39,508 bases of DNA from Campylobacterota bacterium (GCA_034722955.1 JAYEOM010000038.1:2744-42251); one strand, 5' to 3'. Positions 29,972-39,508 are shown, counted from the stretch's first letter. Made by a program: numbers and translations. The notes: a model not told the origin generated them from the sequence alone.

Positions 29972-30058
29972 TCAATTCACTCTCCAGATGTATATATCAC
30001 TCTCATCTCCAGCACTTGCTACGATATCTTCATTGATAAACTTGATCTTGTTGACTAC
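29972..30058 (-). pseudogene. Remnant of the final blade of a WD40 beta-propeller gene (NapL-like)
   Basis: Minus-strand translation VVNKIKFINEDIVASAGDESDIYIWRVN-stop fits the WD40 consensus; nothing WD40-like upstream. Confidence 0.55.
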
Positions 30059-30125
30059 TAATGTTCCCAACAATATAGCATTTTGTACTATTTAGAAAGT
30101 ATAAAACTATACATAAAGGTGAAAT

Positions 30126-30134
30126 TGATAAAAT
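30126..30134 (+). promoter_or_regulatory. Extended -10 promoter for dut
   Basis: TGATAAAAT; GGAG RBS before ATG 30163. Confidence 0.5.
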
Positions 30135-30162
30135 ACTTCTCACAATAAACGGAGAGAAAAGT

Positions 30163-30834
30163 ATGAATAAAATAACACAAATGCTAACACTGCAACAGCA
30201 ACTAAATGATGCTACCAATGGAGAGGGTTGGGAGAGAGGGGTGACAAAAAATGGTAAAGTGATAGACTGGAGACGCTGTAGTTATCTTGAGTGTGCCGAA
30301 CTTATCGACTCCTATCCTTGGAAGCATTGGAAAAACATTGATGCAGAGCCCAATTATGACAACATCAAAATAGAAGCTGTCGATATATGGCACTTTATCA
30401 TGAGCCAAATGCTTCAAGAGTACAAGATCAATGAAAAAGGAGATATCCAAACATTAACAGCAGATATCCAATCTATCCCAAACTATCAAAAGTTTACAGA
30501 AGCGAGTCAGCCAACACGAAGAGACCACTATCAGCAGATAGCTATAGCAGAAGAGTTGATGCGTGTGCTTTTTTGTGATGAATCTACCGATAGGTTGATG
30601 GAGGCATTTGTAGATGTAGCCATAGAGTCAAATCTCAACCTGGACACACTGTATCAACTCTACATCGGCAAAAATATCCTCAACCAATTTAGACAAGATC
30701 ATGGGTACAAAGAGGGGAGCTACATCAAGATATGGGATGGAGAGGAGGATAATGTCGTAATGCAGCGTATCTTGGAAGAGAACCCTGCGGTCACACCTGA
30801 CGAACTCTACAAGATGCTAAAAGAGGTATATTAG
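30163..30834 (+). CDS. dut: Dimeric all-alpha dUTPase (Campylobacter type)
   Basis: LQQQLNDATNG, ECAELIDSYPWKHWK, IEAVDIWHF, KNILNQFRQDHGYKEGSY, EDN. Confidence 0.93.
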   Translation: MNKITQMLTLQQQLNDATNGEGWERGVTKNGKVIDWRRCSYLECAELIDSYPWKHWKNIDAEPNYDNIKIEAVDIWHFIMSQMLQEYKINEKGDIQTLTADIQSIPNYQKFTEASQPTRRDHYQQIAIAEELMRVLFCDESTDRLMEAFVDVAIESNLNLDTLYQLYIGKNILNQFRQDHGYKEGSYIKIWDGEEDNVVMQRILEENPAVTPDELYKMLKEVY

Positions 30835-31494
30835 TTACCTTTGAATAGATCGGGTCAGATCCTGATTTAGGATTTGATTGCCGCTGATGAAGAGTTCTGT
30901 AGCTATTCGGATATTTTTACTGCTGCTATAGCCACACTGTGTTCCACAGGCAACTGTACCTATGAGATAGTATTTGCCCGTTGGCACACCATAAAAAGCG
31001 AACGCACCACTCTCATCTGATGCAGTAAACTTCAGATAGTTAAAGAGCCTTGAGTCAGCTTTGCCCATCTTGTATCCACCGATATAACTATCTTCATACC
31101 ACTGCCTTGAGTAGCTTGTGACAGGATTGAGATATAGTCTTGTTTTGGCTCCATTGATCTTTGTGCCATAAGCATCTTGGAGATAGATATATCCTTGGAT
31201 GGTTCCTTTGCCGGTTCGCTCTAGGGTACTATACTCTTCAGCAGGAAAAGATATACGAACTTTTTTATCTACGCCACTTGTCGCCTCTGCACCACTAGTC
31301 ACATCTTTGTTGAGGTCTGAGACATCAACATTGTCATCCTCATCCGCATCTACATTTTTACTCTCTGCCCAGAGTGTTCCGCTACCGGCAGTTTTCTTTG
31401 CTTTTGCTACCGGTGCTGTAGGTTGTCCAACACATGCCGAAAAGAAAAAAAGTGAAAATAGCAGTGTTGATATAAGAAGAAGATACTTTAACAT
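30835..31494 (-). CDS. Lipoprotein with carboxypeptidase-regulatory-like (prealbumin-like) fold
   Basis: Lipobox FSAC; GKGTIQG, LNPVTSYSRQWY, ASDESGAFAFYGVPTGKYY. Confidence 0.75.
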   Translation of the reverse strand: MLKYLLLISTLLFSLFFFSACVGQPTAPVAKAKKTAGSGTLWAESKNVDADEDDNVDVSDLNKDVTSGAEATSGVDKKVRISFPAEEYSTLERTGKGTIQGYIYLQDAYGTKINGAKTRLYLNPVTSYSRQWYEDSYIGGYKMGKADSRLFNYLKFTASDESGAFAFYGVPTGKYYLIGTVACGTQCGYSSSKNIRIATELFISGNQILNQDLTRSIQR

Positions 31495-31557
31495 TGGAAC
31501 CCTTTTTGATTGTATTGTTGCTATTATATCCTAAATATTATATAATATTTATTGGAT

Positions 31558-32898
31558 TCACTTCCCTAGACAAAATTCTCCGAACATCTTGTCGAGTATC
31601 TCTTCACTATTGTATGGCTTGGAGATAGAAGATATAAACTCTACAGCATCCTGTAGATAGTAAGAAAAAAACTCCAATTCTCCATTTTGCAGAGGTACTT
31701 TAGCTTGGTCGATGGCATCTCTGGCTTGTTTGACTGCCTCTATCTGACGAGCTGAGATCAGCATCAACTCTTCACCTTTGCCTACACTATCGAGCAGCTC
31801 TTTTAGACGATCAGTCAATCGCTCAAACCCCATAGTTGCACTCACTGCTATAGGATCAAAATATAGGAGTCTACTCTTTTCAAAGTTGTTTGGCAAGTCA
31901 CTTTTATTGATAGCGATGATCAACTCTCTCTCTCTGGACTGTTCTAGCAGAGAGACAATCTGCTCATCCTCTCCATCAAATACTCTACTGCCATCAAATA
32001 GTGCTATGATGATATCTGCATCTTCAAAAGAGTCTATCGATCTCTCAACACCAATCTTCTCTATAACATCACGAGCCTCTCGTATCCCTGCCGTATCAAC
32101 CAATCGAATGATATGTGACCCCATGCGAACTTGCTCCTCTATCGTATCTCTCGTAGTCCCTGCTATATCACTCACAATGGCTCTATCATAACTGAGTAGT
32201 GCATTTAGCAGAGAGCTTTTTCCTACATTGGGCTTGCCTATGATAGCCACCTTGAAACCTTCGATCAAGCCTCTCCTTTGGTGGCTTCTCTCTACGATTT
32301 GAGCCATTTGATTGCTCAGATCATTTAACTGCTTCATCATATTTTCGACTATATCTTCGGGGATATCCTCTTCGGCATAATCTATCATCACTTCAGAATA
32401 TGCCAAAGCTCTCAAGAGTGCATCACGACTCTCATCCACAAATACCTTGAGCTCCCCTTTGAGTTGACGGGCAAGTATTTTTGCTGCATCAACACTCTTG
32501 GCTTCGATCAACTTGGCAGTTGCTTCTGCTTTGGTCAAATCTATTTTGCCATTGAGAAAAGCACGCTTTGAAAACTCTCCGGGCAGAGCGAGCCTTGCTC
32601 CAAATGCGGTAGCTGCATCCAAGACCTCTTGTGCTACGATGAGACCGCCATGGCACTGGAACTCTATGATATCTTCACCTGTAAAACTTTTGGGTGATAC
32701 GAAATAGATCATTATGGCTTGATCGATCAATACACTGTGATAGCTGTAGAGGGAGGTGAGAATAGCTTCTCTAGGAGGTATGATCTCTTTTGCAGAGATC
32801 TTTTGGGCGATGGAGAGAGCACTCTCTCCGCTCAATCGAATGATAGAGATAGATGAGACGCCATGTGCTGTAGCAATAGCGACTATAGTATCAGGCAT
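31558..32898 (-). CDS. mnmE: tRNA modification GTPase MnmE
   Basis: DTIVAIATAHG, SFTGED, GEFSKRAFLNGK, GKPNVGKSS, GTTRD, DTAG, FCLGK; true start ATG 32898. Confidence 0.97.
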   Translation of the reverse strand: MPDTIVAIATAHGVSSISIIRLSGESALSIAQKISAKEIIPPREAILTSLYSYHSVLIDQAIMIYFVSPKSFTGEDIIEFQCHGGLIVAQEVLDAATAFGARLALPGEFSKRAFLNGKIDLTKAEATAKLIEAKSVDAAKILARQLKGELKVFVDESRDALLRALAYSEVMIDYAEEDIPEDIVENMMKQLNDLSNQMAQIVERSHQRRGLIEGFKVAIIGKPNVGKSSLLNALLSYDRAIVSDIAGTTRDTIEEQVRMGSHIIRLVDTAGIREARDVIEKIGVERSIDSFEDADIIIALFDGSRVFDGEDEQIVSLLEQSRERELIIAINKSDLPNNFEKSRLLYFDPIAVSATMGFERLTDRLKELLDSVGKGEELMLISARQIEAVKQARDAIDQAKVPLQNGELEFFSYYLQDAVEFISSISKPYNSEEILDKMFGEFCLGK

Positions 32899-33802
32899 TG
32901 TTTCTGTTGTTAAACTCGTTAAGTATGATAAATTTTCGACCATCTCTACCTGTCTTGATAGCCACATATTTATTGGGGAATGCCTCTCTAAGCTGCTCTA
33001 GTGCTATCTGCACCAATATCCCATCGAGAGGTCTTGTTTTTCCTCTGCCGTTGATCGTGACATGCTCTATAACAGGTTTGATATAGTTACGGATCATCTC
33101 TTGCTGTGTAGTGAGAAATTGTGCTATTTCCAGCTTGATATAGAGATCATGTTTGGTATGCAACCAGTTAAAAAGCAGATAGGAGAGTGCATTGTAGCGA
33201 TATCCCTCTTTGCCTATCAATAGAGCTGCATCATCACCATCGATAAATATGAGTGCAGTATCATCTACCACATCTACCTCTACCGTATCGATAGCAAAAC
33301 AGCTATGAGAGAGCAACTCTACTAACTCAGCTTCGATCTTCTCTGCTAACTCCAAGTTATTATTTTCTGGTCTCTGCTCAACTTCTGTATCTTTAGATTC
33401 AAAAAAACTATCAAGTACAACATCATCTTTATGAGTCAACTCCTCATCAAGCGTACTCTTCACTCTTTGGGGAGTCTTGTCTGCAGAGTGAGCAGGCTCT
33501 TCCGGCTCCGCTATCTTCTCTTTGATATCAACAGGTTTTGACTCCTCTTCCGTCGCAGTCAATACCTCCTCTATGATCTCTTCGGCAACAATCTCCTGGA
33601 TGTTCGTATCTATACTCTTGGCTTCACTGCTCTTGCGTTGACACTCTGCAACAATAATCGCACTTTTTTTGAACACTCCCAAAATTCCGTTAGATGGATG
33701 TTGGATCACCTCATAATTCAACTCGGTAATAGAGCAAGATAACTCCTCTGCTGCCTTCTGATATGCTTCGGCAAGAGTGGGTGCTTCTATCTTCTTCATC
33801 AA
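32891..33802 (-). CDS. Jag/KhpB-like RNA-binding protein
   Basis: Jag_N pattern (EAPTLAEAYQKAAEEL...GILGVFKK), KH motif LIGKEG; between yidC and mnmE. Confidence 0.88.
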   Translation of the reverse strand: MMKKIEAPTLAEAYQKAAEELSCSITELNYEVIQHPSNGILGVFKKSAIIVAECQRKSSEAKSIDTNIQEIVAEEIIEEVLTATEEESKPVDIKEKIAEPEEPAHSADKTPQRVKSTLDEELTHKDDVVLDSFFESKDTEVEQRPENNNLELAEKIEAELVELLSHSCFAIDTVEVDVVDDTALIFIDGDDAALLIGKEGYRYNALSYLLFNWLHTKHDLYIKLEIAQFLTTQQEMIRNYIKPVIEHVTINGRGKTRPLDGILVQIALEQLREAFPNKYVAIKTGRDGRKFIILNEFNNRNNA

Positions 33803-35409
33803 CTCTCCTTTTCCTTATTATCGTGTGCTTCTATCTCTAATGCTTTATTTTTCTCGTAAACATGATTGATATAGTATTGCTGTATTATAGATAGAACATT
33901 GTTGGTCAGCCAGTAGAGAACAAGTCCCGATGGAAAAGTGACAAAGAAAACTGTCATTATCACAGGGAAAAATTTAAAGATCTTCTCTTGAAGAGGATCA
34001 GTGATATTACTAGGTGTGATCTTCTGCTGTAGATACATAGAAGCCCCCATCAAAAGAGGGAGAACAAAATATGGATCCATCTTGGACAGATCAAGAATCC
34101 AGAGTGTCCATGGTGCACCCTGCAGCTCATCGGCATTGAGCAAGACACGGTAGAGTGCGAAAAATACCGGTATCTGCAGAAGCATCGGCAGACATCCGCC
34201 CATCGGGTTGGCGCCTTGCTTTTTGTACATCTCCATCATCTTCATGTTCATCTTTTGAGGATCCTTGCCATACTTAGCTTTGATATCCTTCATCTTTGGT
34301 GCCAAATCTTTTAGTTTCTGCATAGACATCATGCCCTTGTATGAGAGAGGAAAGAGGATGATCTTGACTAGTAGAGTAAATAGTATAATCGCCCATCCCC
34401 AATTTCCAACAAAACCAAATATCCATACTATAACAGCAAAGAAAGGTTTCGAGAGGAAGGTGAACCACCCATACTCGATGACATCTATCAATTCAGGACT
34501 AAGTGACTTGAGAGTTCTATAATCTTTGGGACCTAGATAACCCTGTATCACCATTTCACTATTGCCTTGGACAAAGATCAGAGGATCATCATTTTTACCC
34601 GTAGATACAGTGACATCCAAACCTTTTGACAAGTCATAGAGTACAGAAGCGTAGTAGCGATCAAATGCCGATACGAACCTGACATTTTTAAATGTCTCAT
34701 CCCCGATAGAATCACCATCCTCTATAGTCGTAATGACACCATCAACCCCTCTAATCAAAGCACCTTTAGCAAGGATATAGTTAGAGGTATCTGCAATTGG
34801 TCTATCTCCTGTAGTGAGAAAAAAGTCTGCTGGTTTAGATGTAGTCACTTTGAGATCATAGTGTCCATCCGCATAGAAGGTGATCTCTTTGGTCAGAGTC
34901 AAACCTGTTAGCTTTTGTGTCAATATCACCTTTGCTGGAGCACTGCTGAAATCTACTTGAGCTACAGAACTCTCATAGGGGACTCTAAATGCCTCTTGAT
35001 TGAGCAGAGCATCGGAAAATCGAATCTCCAATGGCTTAACACCAGCTCGGTTGAGAAGCTTAAGATCGTTGCCCTCATCATCTTTGTACTTCTCTTCTAG
35101 TAGCTCTATCTGCCCGATACGACCAAACTGATCTATCGAGATCCTTGATATGTCACTTGATACTACTGTTAAGAGAGTGCCAACCTCTTGAGTGGGTGCC
35201 AAACTCTCAACTCCTCCTGTAGAGGAGGGTGCTTCTGCTTGATTTTTGGAGGTTGCAACTGTTGGTGCTTGATTGTTACTGCTTTGATTACTCTCTTGAG
35301 CTACTTTGGGAGGAGCTATCTCACCCATAAAATAGCTAGATCCTACAAATACCAAGAAGGAGAGTGCCAAGGCAATAATAAGCCGTTTTTGAAGATCTAA
35401 TTGTTCCAA
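33799..35409 (-). CDS. yidC: Membrane protein insertase YidC
   Basis: YGWFTFL, GNWGWAII, NPMGGCLPMLLQIPVF, DPYFVLP, FPSGLVLYW; TTG start. Confidence 0.97.
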   Translation of the reverse strand: MEQLDLQKRLIIALALSFLVFVGSSYFMGEIAPPKVAQESNQSSNNQAPTVATSKNQAEAPSSTGGVESLAPTQEVGTLLTVVSSDISRISIDQFGRIGQIELLEEKYKDDEGNDLKLLNRAGVKPLEIRFSDALLNQEAFRVPYESSVAQVDFSSAPAKVILTQKLTGLTLTKEITFYADGHYDLKVTTSKPADFFLTTGDRPIADTSNYILAKGALIRGVDGVITTIEDGDSIGDETFKNVRFVSAFDRYYASVLYDLSKGLDVTVSTGKNDDPLIFVQGNSEMVIQGYLGPKDYRTLKSLSPELIDVIEYGWFTFLSKPFFAVIVWIFGFVGNWGWAIILFTLLVKIILFPLSYKGMMSMQKLKDLAPKMKDIKAKYGKDPQKMNMKMMEMYKKQGANPMGGCLPMLLQIPVFFALYRVLLNADELQGAPWTLWILDLSKMDPYFVLPLLMGASMYLQQKITPSNITDPLQEKIFKFFPVIMTVFFVTFPSGLVLYWLTNNVLSIIQQYYINHVYEKNKALEIEAHDNKEKES

Positions 35410-35460
35410 TGTAATACCTTTAATGTCATTACTATATTTATCATGACTCTAATAATTATT

Positions 35461-35799
35461 TTATGTTGATAATTGAAGTGCAGAACATTTTTTAAGTGTA
35501 TGAAGATAGGCTTTTGTTATTTCCTGAAAATTCTTTTCGAAAAGTGTCGGCTTGGCAACGAGTACATAGATTCCACTTTTAAGACTATCGATATTCTCAA
35601 TAAAATGAGCTCGTAACAGACGCTTCGCTCTATTTCGATGAACTGCATTCCCCAATTTTTTACTTGCGACAAATCCCACTTTTGACTCTGGTCCACTCTT
35701 GAAAAAGAGTACAAAATATGGGGTGTGCCATGTTTTAGTAGCGTGCTTATAGACGCGATTGAACTCTTTACTGGTTTTTAGCCGAGTAAATTGCTTTAT
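35461..35799 (-). CDS. rnpA: Ribonuclease P protein component (apparent ATA start, 112 aa)
   Basis: [18 protein letters not shown]...[19 protein letters not shown] (RNR motif); frame extends 40 codons upstream of the track's 35679 start. Confidence 0.9.
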   Translation of the reverse strand: MKQFTRLKTSKEFNRVYKHATKTWHTPYFVLFFKSGPESKVGFVASKKLGNAVHRNRAKRLLRAHFIENIDSLKSGIYVLVAKPTLFEKNFQEITKAYLHTLKKCSALQLST

Positions 35800-35930
35800 A
35801 CTGCTAATCTTTTTCTACCTTTTGCTCTTCTAGCAGAGATAACTTTTCTACCATTTTTAGTTTTCATTCTTGTTCTAAATCCGTGTGTTCTCTTTCTTGG
35901 TGTGTTGTGTGGTTGGTATGTTCTTTTCAT
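35796..35930 (-). CDS. rpmH: 50S ribosomal protein L34 (not in ORF track)
   Basis: [53 protein letters not shown]. Confidence 0.98.
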   Translation of the reverse strand: MKRTYQPHNTPRKRTHGFRTRMKTKNGRKVISARRAKGRKRLAV

Positions 35931-36037
35931 AACATATCTCCTTGTTCAATTTGATTCTGCTCATAACACTTAATCTATTAGGTGATTTTGCAGTTTTAGG
36001 ACGCGATTTTATCTGAAAACCACTTAAACGATGATTA

Positions 36038-36523
36038 TTAGGACAAAGTCTGAAACTCTATAGGACCCATACGATCATCTGGATCCTTCATAGTGAACAT
36101 ATGGTAGCTATCTAACAAGCGAAAAATAATATGTTGAACACTATAGTATGTTGTAGATACTGTCATAACATTACAACTCAAAGATTTGGCATTATCCCTC
36201 ATATTAAGATGGCGTACCAATCTTTCAGCAAACCTATAACCCCCCTCTATATCAGTCTCTTGGCATACAATGACAAAGAGTCCCTTCTCCGCTAAGGATA
36301 TCAGAACATCTGTATCTCTCTTCTCTTCTTTCAAAAAAGCTTCGAAATCATCACTATCTGAACGAATGAGAATATAGGTAAATTTGATCTGACGCTGATC
36401 GAGAAAATATAGCATCATTTCAGTGATTGTCTTTAACTTATCAACCATATCTATCCCAAGCAACAACTGCTCCTCATCGTATCCAATACGACCTCTGTTT
36501 TTATCTAAATCTTCTCTGCTCAT
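36038..36523 (-). CDS. Degenerate GGDEF/nucleotide-cyclase-fold protein
   Basis: KRDTDVLISLAEKGLFVIVCQETDIEGGYRFAERL follows the RxxD...GGDEF.ill..t....a...aerl template; ATG 36523 with AAGGA RBS. Confidence 0.6.
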   Translation of the reverse strand: MSREDLDKNRGRIGYDEEQLLLGIDMVDKLKTITEMMLYFLDQRQIKFTYILIRSDSDDFEAFLKEEKRDTDVLISLAEKGLFVIVCQETDIEGGYRFAERLVRHLNMRDNAKSLSCNVMTVSTTYYSVQHIIFRLLDSYHMFTMKDPDDRMGPIEFQTLS

Positions 36524-36642
36524 TATCGTTCCTTTATGCATGTACTTAGAGACCTCAGTTTATCCCATATTTATAATTATAACCAAAACTAGCCTAATCT
36601 CAGACTAAATCTGCTCTTTTCTGTAGATTACTCCTCAAGCTG

Positions 36643-36651
36643 TGCTATAAT
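36643..36651 (+). promoter_or_regulatory. Extended -10 promoter 6 nt before the nspC ATG (leaderless candidate)
   Basis: TGCTATAAT-CATCTT-ATG, no Shine-Dalgarno. Confidence 0.65.
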
Positions 36652-36657
36652 CATCTT

Positions 36658-37812
36658 ATGAAAATAGAATCCAAAATAGAGACTGTACTAACCCAACTTC
36701 CATCACCTGCATGGGTATTGGAAGAGGATATGCTGCTACGCAACATCTCAATACTAGATGAGATACAGACTAAGAGTGGTGCCAAGATCCTGCTCGCTCT
36801 CAAAGGGTATGCACTTTGGGGCTCATTTCCTCTGATCAAAGAGAAACTTTATGGATGTTGTGCTAGTGGTCTTCATGAAGCAAAACTAGCTTTTGAGACA
36901 TTTGGTCAAGAGGTGCATACATATGCACCTGCATTCAAAGAGGAGGAGATAGAGGAGATCTCCTCTATATCACACCATATAGTATTTAACTCACCTCAAC
37001 AGTTTCAGAGGTTTGCCGGCAAAGCCAAAGATATAAATCCCAAACTATCACTTGGGCTTCGGATAAATCCAGAGTATTCGGAGTCGCCGGTAGAGCTATA
37101 CAATCCATGTGGTCTCTACTCTAGGCTAGGAACAACGATCGATAACTTTGATCCGGAGATACTAGATAGCTGTGATGGATTTCATTTTCATGCACTTTGT
37201 GAGCAGAGTGCCACTGCACTTGAAAAGGTACTGCAATCATTTGAAGATAAATTTTCCTCCTATCTTCACCAGCTCAAATGGATCAACTTTGGTGGCGGTC
37301 ACCATATCACAAAAGATGGCTATGATAGAGAGAAGCTCATTGACCTTGTCAGAAAATTTAAAGAGAAGTATCAAGTAGAAGTCTATCTTGAACCGGGCGA
37401 AGCTATCGGATGGGAGAGTGGCTCTCTTGTGGTGACCGTATTGGATATAGTGTATAACGGTATAGATATTGCTATCTTGGACACTTCAGCAGAAGCCCAC
37501 ATGCCTGATACTATCATCATGCCATATCGTGCAGAGGTGCGAAGTGCCGGCAGAGCAGGGGAGAAGGCTTATACTTATCGTCTGAGTGGTAACACTTGTC
37601 TAGCAGGTGATATCATGGGAGACTATAGTTTTGATACCCCACTTGAGATCGGAGAGAGGATAATATTTGAAGATCAGATGCACTATACTATGGTCAAAGC
37701 TACCACTTTCAATGGGATCAAACTACCCTCTATCTCTATCCTCAGAGGTGACGGCTCTCTAGATATCATCAGAGAGTTTGGCTATCAGGATTTCAAAAAT
37801 AGATTATCATAA
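36658..37812 (+). CDS. nspC: Carboxynorspermidine/carboxyspermidine decarboxylase
   Basis: LLALKG (PLP Lys), YNPCGLYSRLG, HFHALCE, NFGGGHH, EPGEA, HMPD, TCLAGD, HYTMVKATTFNG. Confidence 0.95.
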   Translation: MKIESKIETVLTQLPSPAWVLEEDMLLRNISILDEIQTKSGAKILLALKGYALWGSFPLIKEKLYGCCASGLHEAKLAFETFGQEVHTYAPAFKEEEIEEISSISHHIVFNSPQQFQRFAGKAKDINPKLSLGLRINPEYSESPVELYNPCGLYSRLGTTIDNFDPEILDSCDGFHFHALCEQSATALEKVLQSFEDKFSSYLHQLKWINFGGGHHITKDGYDREKLIDLVRKFKEKYQVEVYLEPGEAIGWESGSLVVTVLDIVYNGIDIAILDTSAEAHMPDTIIMPYRAEVRSAGRAGEKAYTYRLSGNTCLAGDIMGDYSFDTPLEIGERIIFEDQMHYTMVKATTFNGIKLPSISILRGDGSLDIIREFGYQDFKNRLS

Positions 37813-37815
37813 GGA

Positions 37816-39508
37816 TTATCTAAACTCCTTGAGCTCCCCGAAATTTTTGAACTCTCTCTTATATATGATACCGGCTGCACTTGACTCTGAGTCTGTTGAG
37901 ATCACAGCTTTGATATCTCTGCTATAGTCATACTGAAGTATCGCACCGGCAACCTCATCGTTGACATAGATGATCGTAACCTTATCAGAGATCTTTTTGC
38001 CAATCTCCATACTTCCATCAGCACCCAAGGATAGATGATCGATCTTGATCCCTACATTGTTAAGAACAGATTTTGCCATAGCACCACCCATCATCTTCAT
38101 CATCTCATCACCACTGTTGCTGCCACTGCCATCTTCTGAATCGAATAGAATCACAGAGAGTATCTGCTCTCTAGTCAAGCTAGGAATTGAAGATAATACT
38201 ATATTGGGTGCTGTAGGATCTCCTGTCACCTGTATCTTTATCTCGTAATTGATCGAATTATAGATAGCTACAATATCCAAGATCGGCTTTTTAGGATCTC
38301 CTGTAAAGGCAACTATACTTTTCTTGAAGACAAATTTTTTATTTTTAAAGGTGTAGTTTGACCCTTTTAATACCTCAGCTGTTCCCAGCACATAGATAGG
38401 TCCTTTAGGTGCTTTTTGGATATGCATATCTGCTTTTGCTCTGATATTGGCTTCATCTGTTTTGTAAAGGAGGTGCTTTTTGGTATTGACTTTTATCATT
38501 ACTGAGAGATTGTCCATAAAGGGGCTAGACCCACTCTTTTTCATATTTTGTACGATGAGTATATCGCTATCGGAGGCAAAGCTCTTCGTCTCTATATTGT
38601 AGTGTATATCTCCACCTAAAATTGTCACTGTTCCATTGACGGCTGTTTTTGGACCATCAAGTTTGGTCTTGATATCTATATGACTCTGTAGATCTATCAA
38701 CTCATGAGAGAGTGTAAAGGTATCGGCAAATGCTAAAACTTCACCTTTTTTCTCTTCGATAATATATCTACCTGTAACTTTCAGTTGATCATTGACCCAG
38801 AGAGGTGATATCTCTATACTCCCATCTTTGAAGCTGATGAGAGAAGGTTTGGTCGCAAATATTTTTTGCTTTTGGAAAGTTGTATGATAGCGATTGAGCT
38901 TTAGTACCCCATCAGAGAAACCTAAAGAGATCATCGTATCATTGAGAATGTGGTCTGTTGTTCTATCTGCTTTATAGATCAATTCATTGGAGTATAGATT
39001 CAATGATATATCTTTTTTATTTTGCAAAACTATAGTGACTTTCATATCTCCATCCAATGGAGGCATCTCAAAGGCGTAGATCGTATGAATCTTCTTTAAT
39101 AGTGTTTGCAGTGAGCTAACTTGGTTATCTAGTGTCACATTTTTGTCAAGATTGCCGTCAAAAATAAATTTGGCACCCCCAACGATCAGATCTCCGTCAA
39201 GATCCTGTGACTCCATGTCAAACTTCACTTTAGAGGTGATACCCGTAGATTTGACATCAACATGCAGAACTTTTTCTATCATCGTCACATCTGCTTCAAG
39301 GGGACTGAGTGCATCTAAGTTTAACTCCTTGCTAAACCCTCTCAGGAGTGAATCTTTTGGAAATATAGTTTTGGTTAAAACTTTTATCTCTTTATCATAG
39401 AGAATATCTGCATCTATATTTGCCATATTGGAGCTGATCTTTGCTTTTGCCTTGAGTGGTGTAATCTTGTTAAAATCCAAAGGCAGATGGATATCAAGTG
39501 ATGCTTGT
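37816..39508 (-). CDS. Translocation/assembly module TamB-domain protein (5' end outside the window)
   Basis: Beta-rich; FTGDPKKPILDI, VTGDPTAPNIVLSSIPSLTREQILSVILF, EIGKKISDK TamB C-terminal pattern; frame open to the window edge. Confidence 0.85.
   Translation of the reverse strand, partial: QASLDIHLPLDFNKITPLKAKAKISSNMANIDADILYDKEIKVLTKTIFPKDSLLRGFSKELNLDALSPLEADVTMIEKVLHVDVKSTGITSKVKFDMESQDLDGDLIVGGAKFIFDGNLDKNVTLDNQVSSLQTLLKKIHTIYAFEMPPLDGDMKVTIVLQNKKDISLNLYSNELIYKADRTTDHILNDTMISLGFSDGVLKLNRYHTTFQKQKIFATKPSLISFKDGSIEISPLWVNDQLKVTGRYIIEEKKGEVLAFADTFTLSHELIDLQSHIDIKTKLDGPKTAVNGTVTILGGDIHYNIETKSFASDSDILIVQNMKKSGSSPFMDNLSVMIKVNTKKHLLYKTDEANIRAKADMHIQKAPKGPIYVLGTAEVLKGSNYTFKNKKFVFKKSIVAFTGDPKKPILDIVAIYNSINYEIKIQVTGDPTAPNIVLSSIPSLTREQILSVILFDSEDGSGSNSGDEMMKMMGGAMAKSVLNNVGIKIDHLSLGADGSMEIGKKISDKVTIIYVNDEVAGAILQYDYSRDIKAVISTDSESSAAGIIYKREFKNFGELKEFR

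Noticed and set aside
32899..32967. Track's extended mnmE start (likewise the secD 5382 and dacB 8382 starts)
   Set aside because: Downstream ATGs fit family N-termini, RBS position or operon overlap better
35796..36037. Possible oriC next to rpmH
   Set aside because: No dnaA or dnaN and no DnaA-box cluster; rpmH is not linked to oriC in Campylobacterota
1..39508. CTAG and GATC look frequent, unlike the CTAG avoidance of many bacteria
   Set aside because: Visual impression only, not quantified, and probably explained by codon usage

Overview
This is a gene-dense, mostly core-genome window from a Campylobacterota (epsilon-proteobacterial) chromosome, probably Sulfurovum/Sulfurovaceae-like. 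That placement is inferred from the dimeric dUTPase, the lnt/yajC-secD-secF arrangement, the 'AGGDIAP' beta-barrel family and TGnTATAAT promoters with AAGGA ribosome-binding sites. Contents in order: a DsbC-like oxidoreductase; the lnt-yidD-pyrC-carbonic anhydrase-cysK operon; yajC-secD-secF; a cluster of dacB-SPOR, an orphan PTS EIIA, an unannotated 32-aa membrane peptide and mltB; a GTAG-type REP doublet; ilvA-ppx; a GtrA/GT2/GT-C glycosylation trio with a small lipoprotein; serC-serA and a WbaP-like gene; purL with a 112-bp inverted-repeat element in its leader; a small plasticity patch (MscS remnant, DUF4412-like gene); a porin, MFS transporter, hisIE, SPFH protein and ilvE; a WD40 gene remnant; dut; rpmH-rnpA-yidC-jag-mnmE lacking yidD; a degenerate GGDEF protein; nspC; and a truncated tamB. 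I see no tRNA, rRNA, CRISPR array, intact transposase, phage or defence island. The best leads for new biology are the orphan EIIA with its coupled small membrane peptide between two peptidoglycan hydrolases, the purL leader hairpin, an apparent ATA start for rnpA, the relocated yidD, and a probably leaderless nspC. All calls come from reading motifs by eye; no database search was run.
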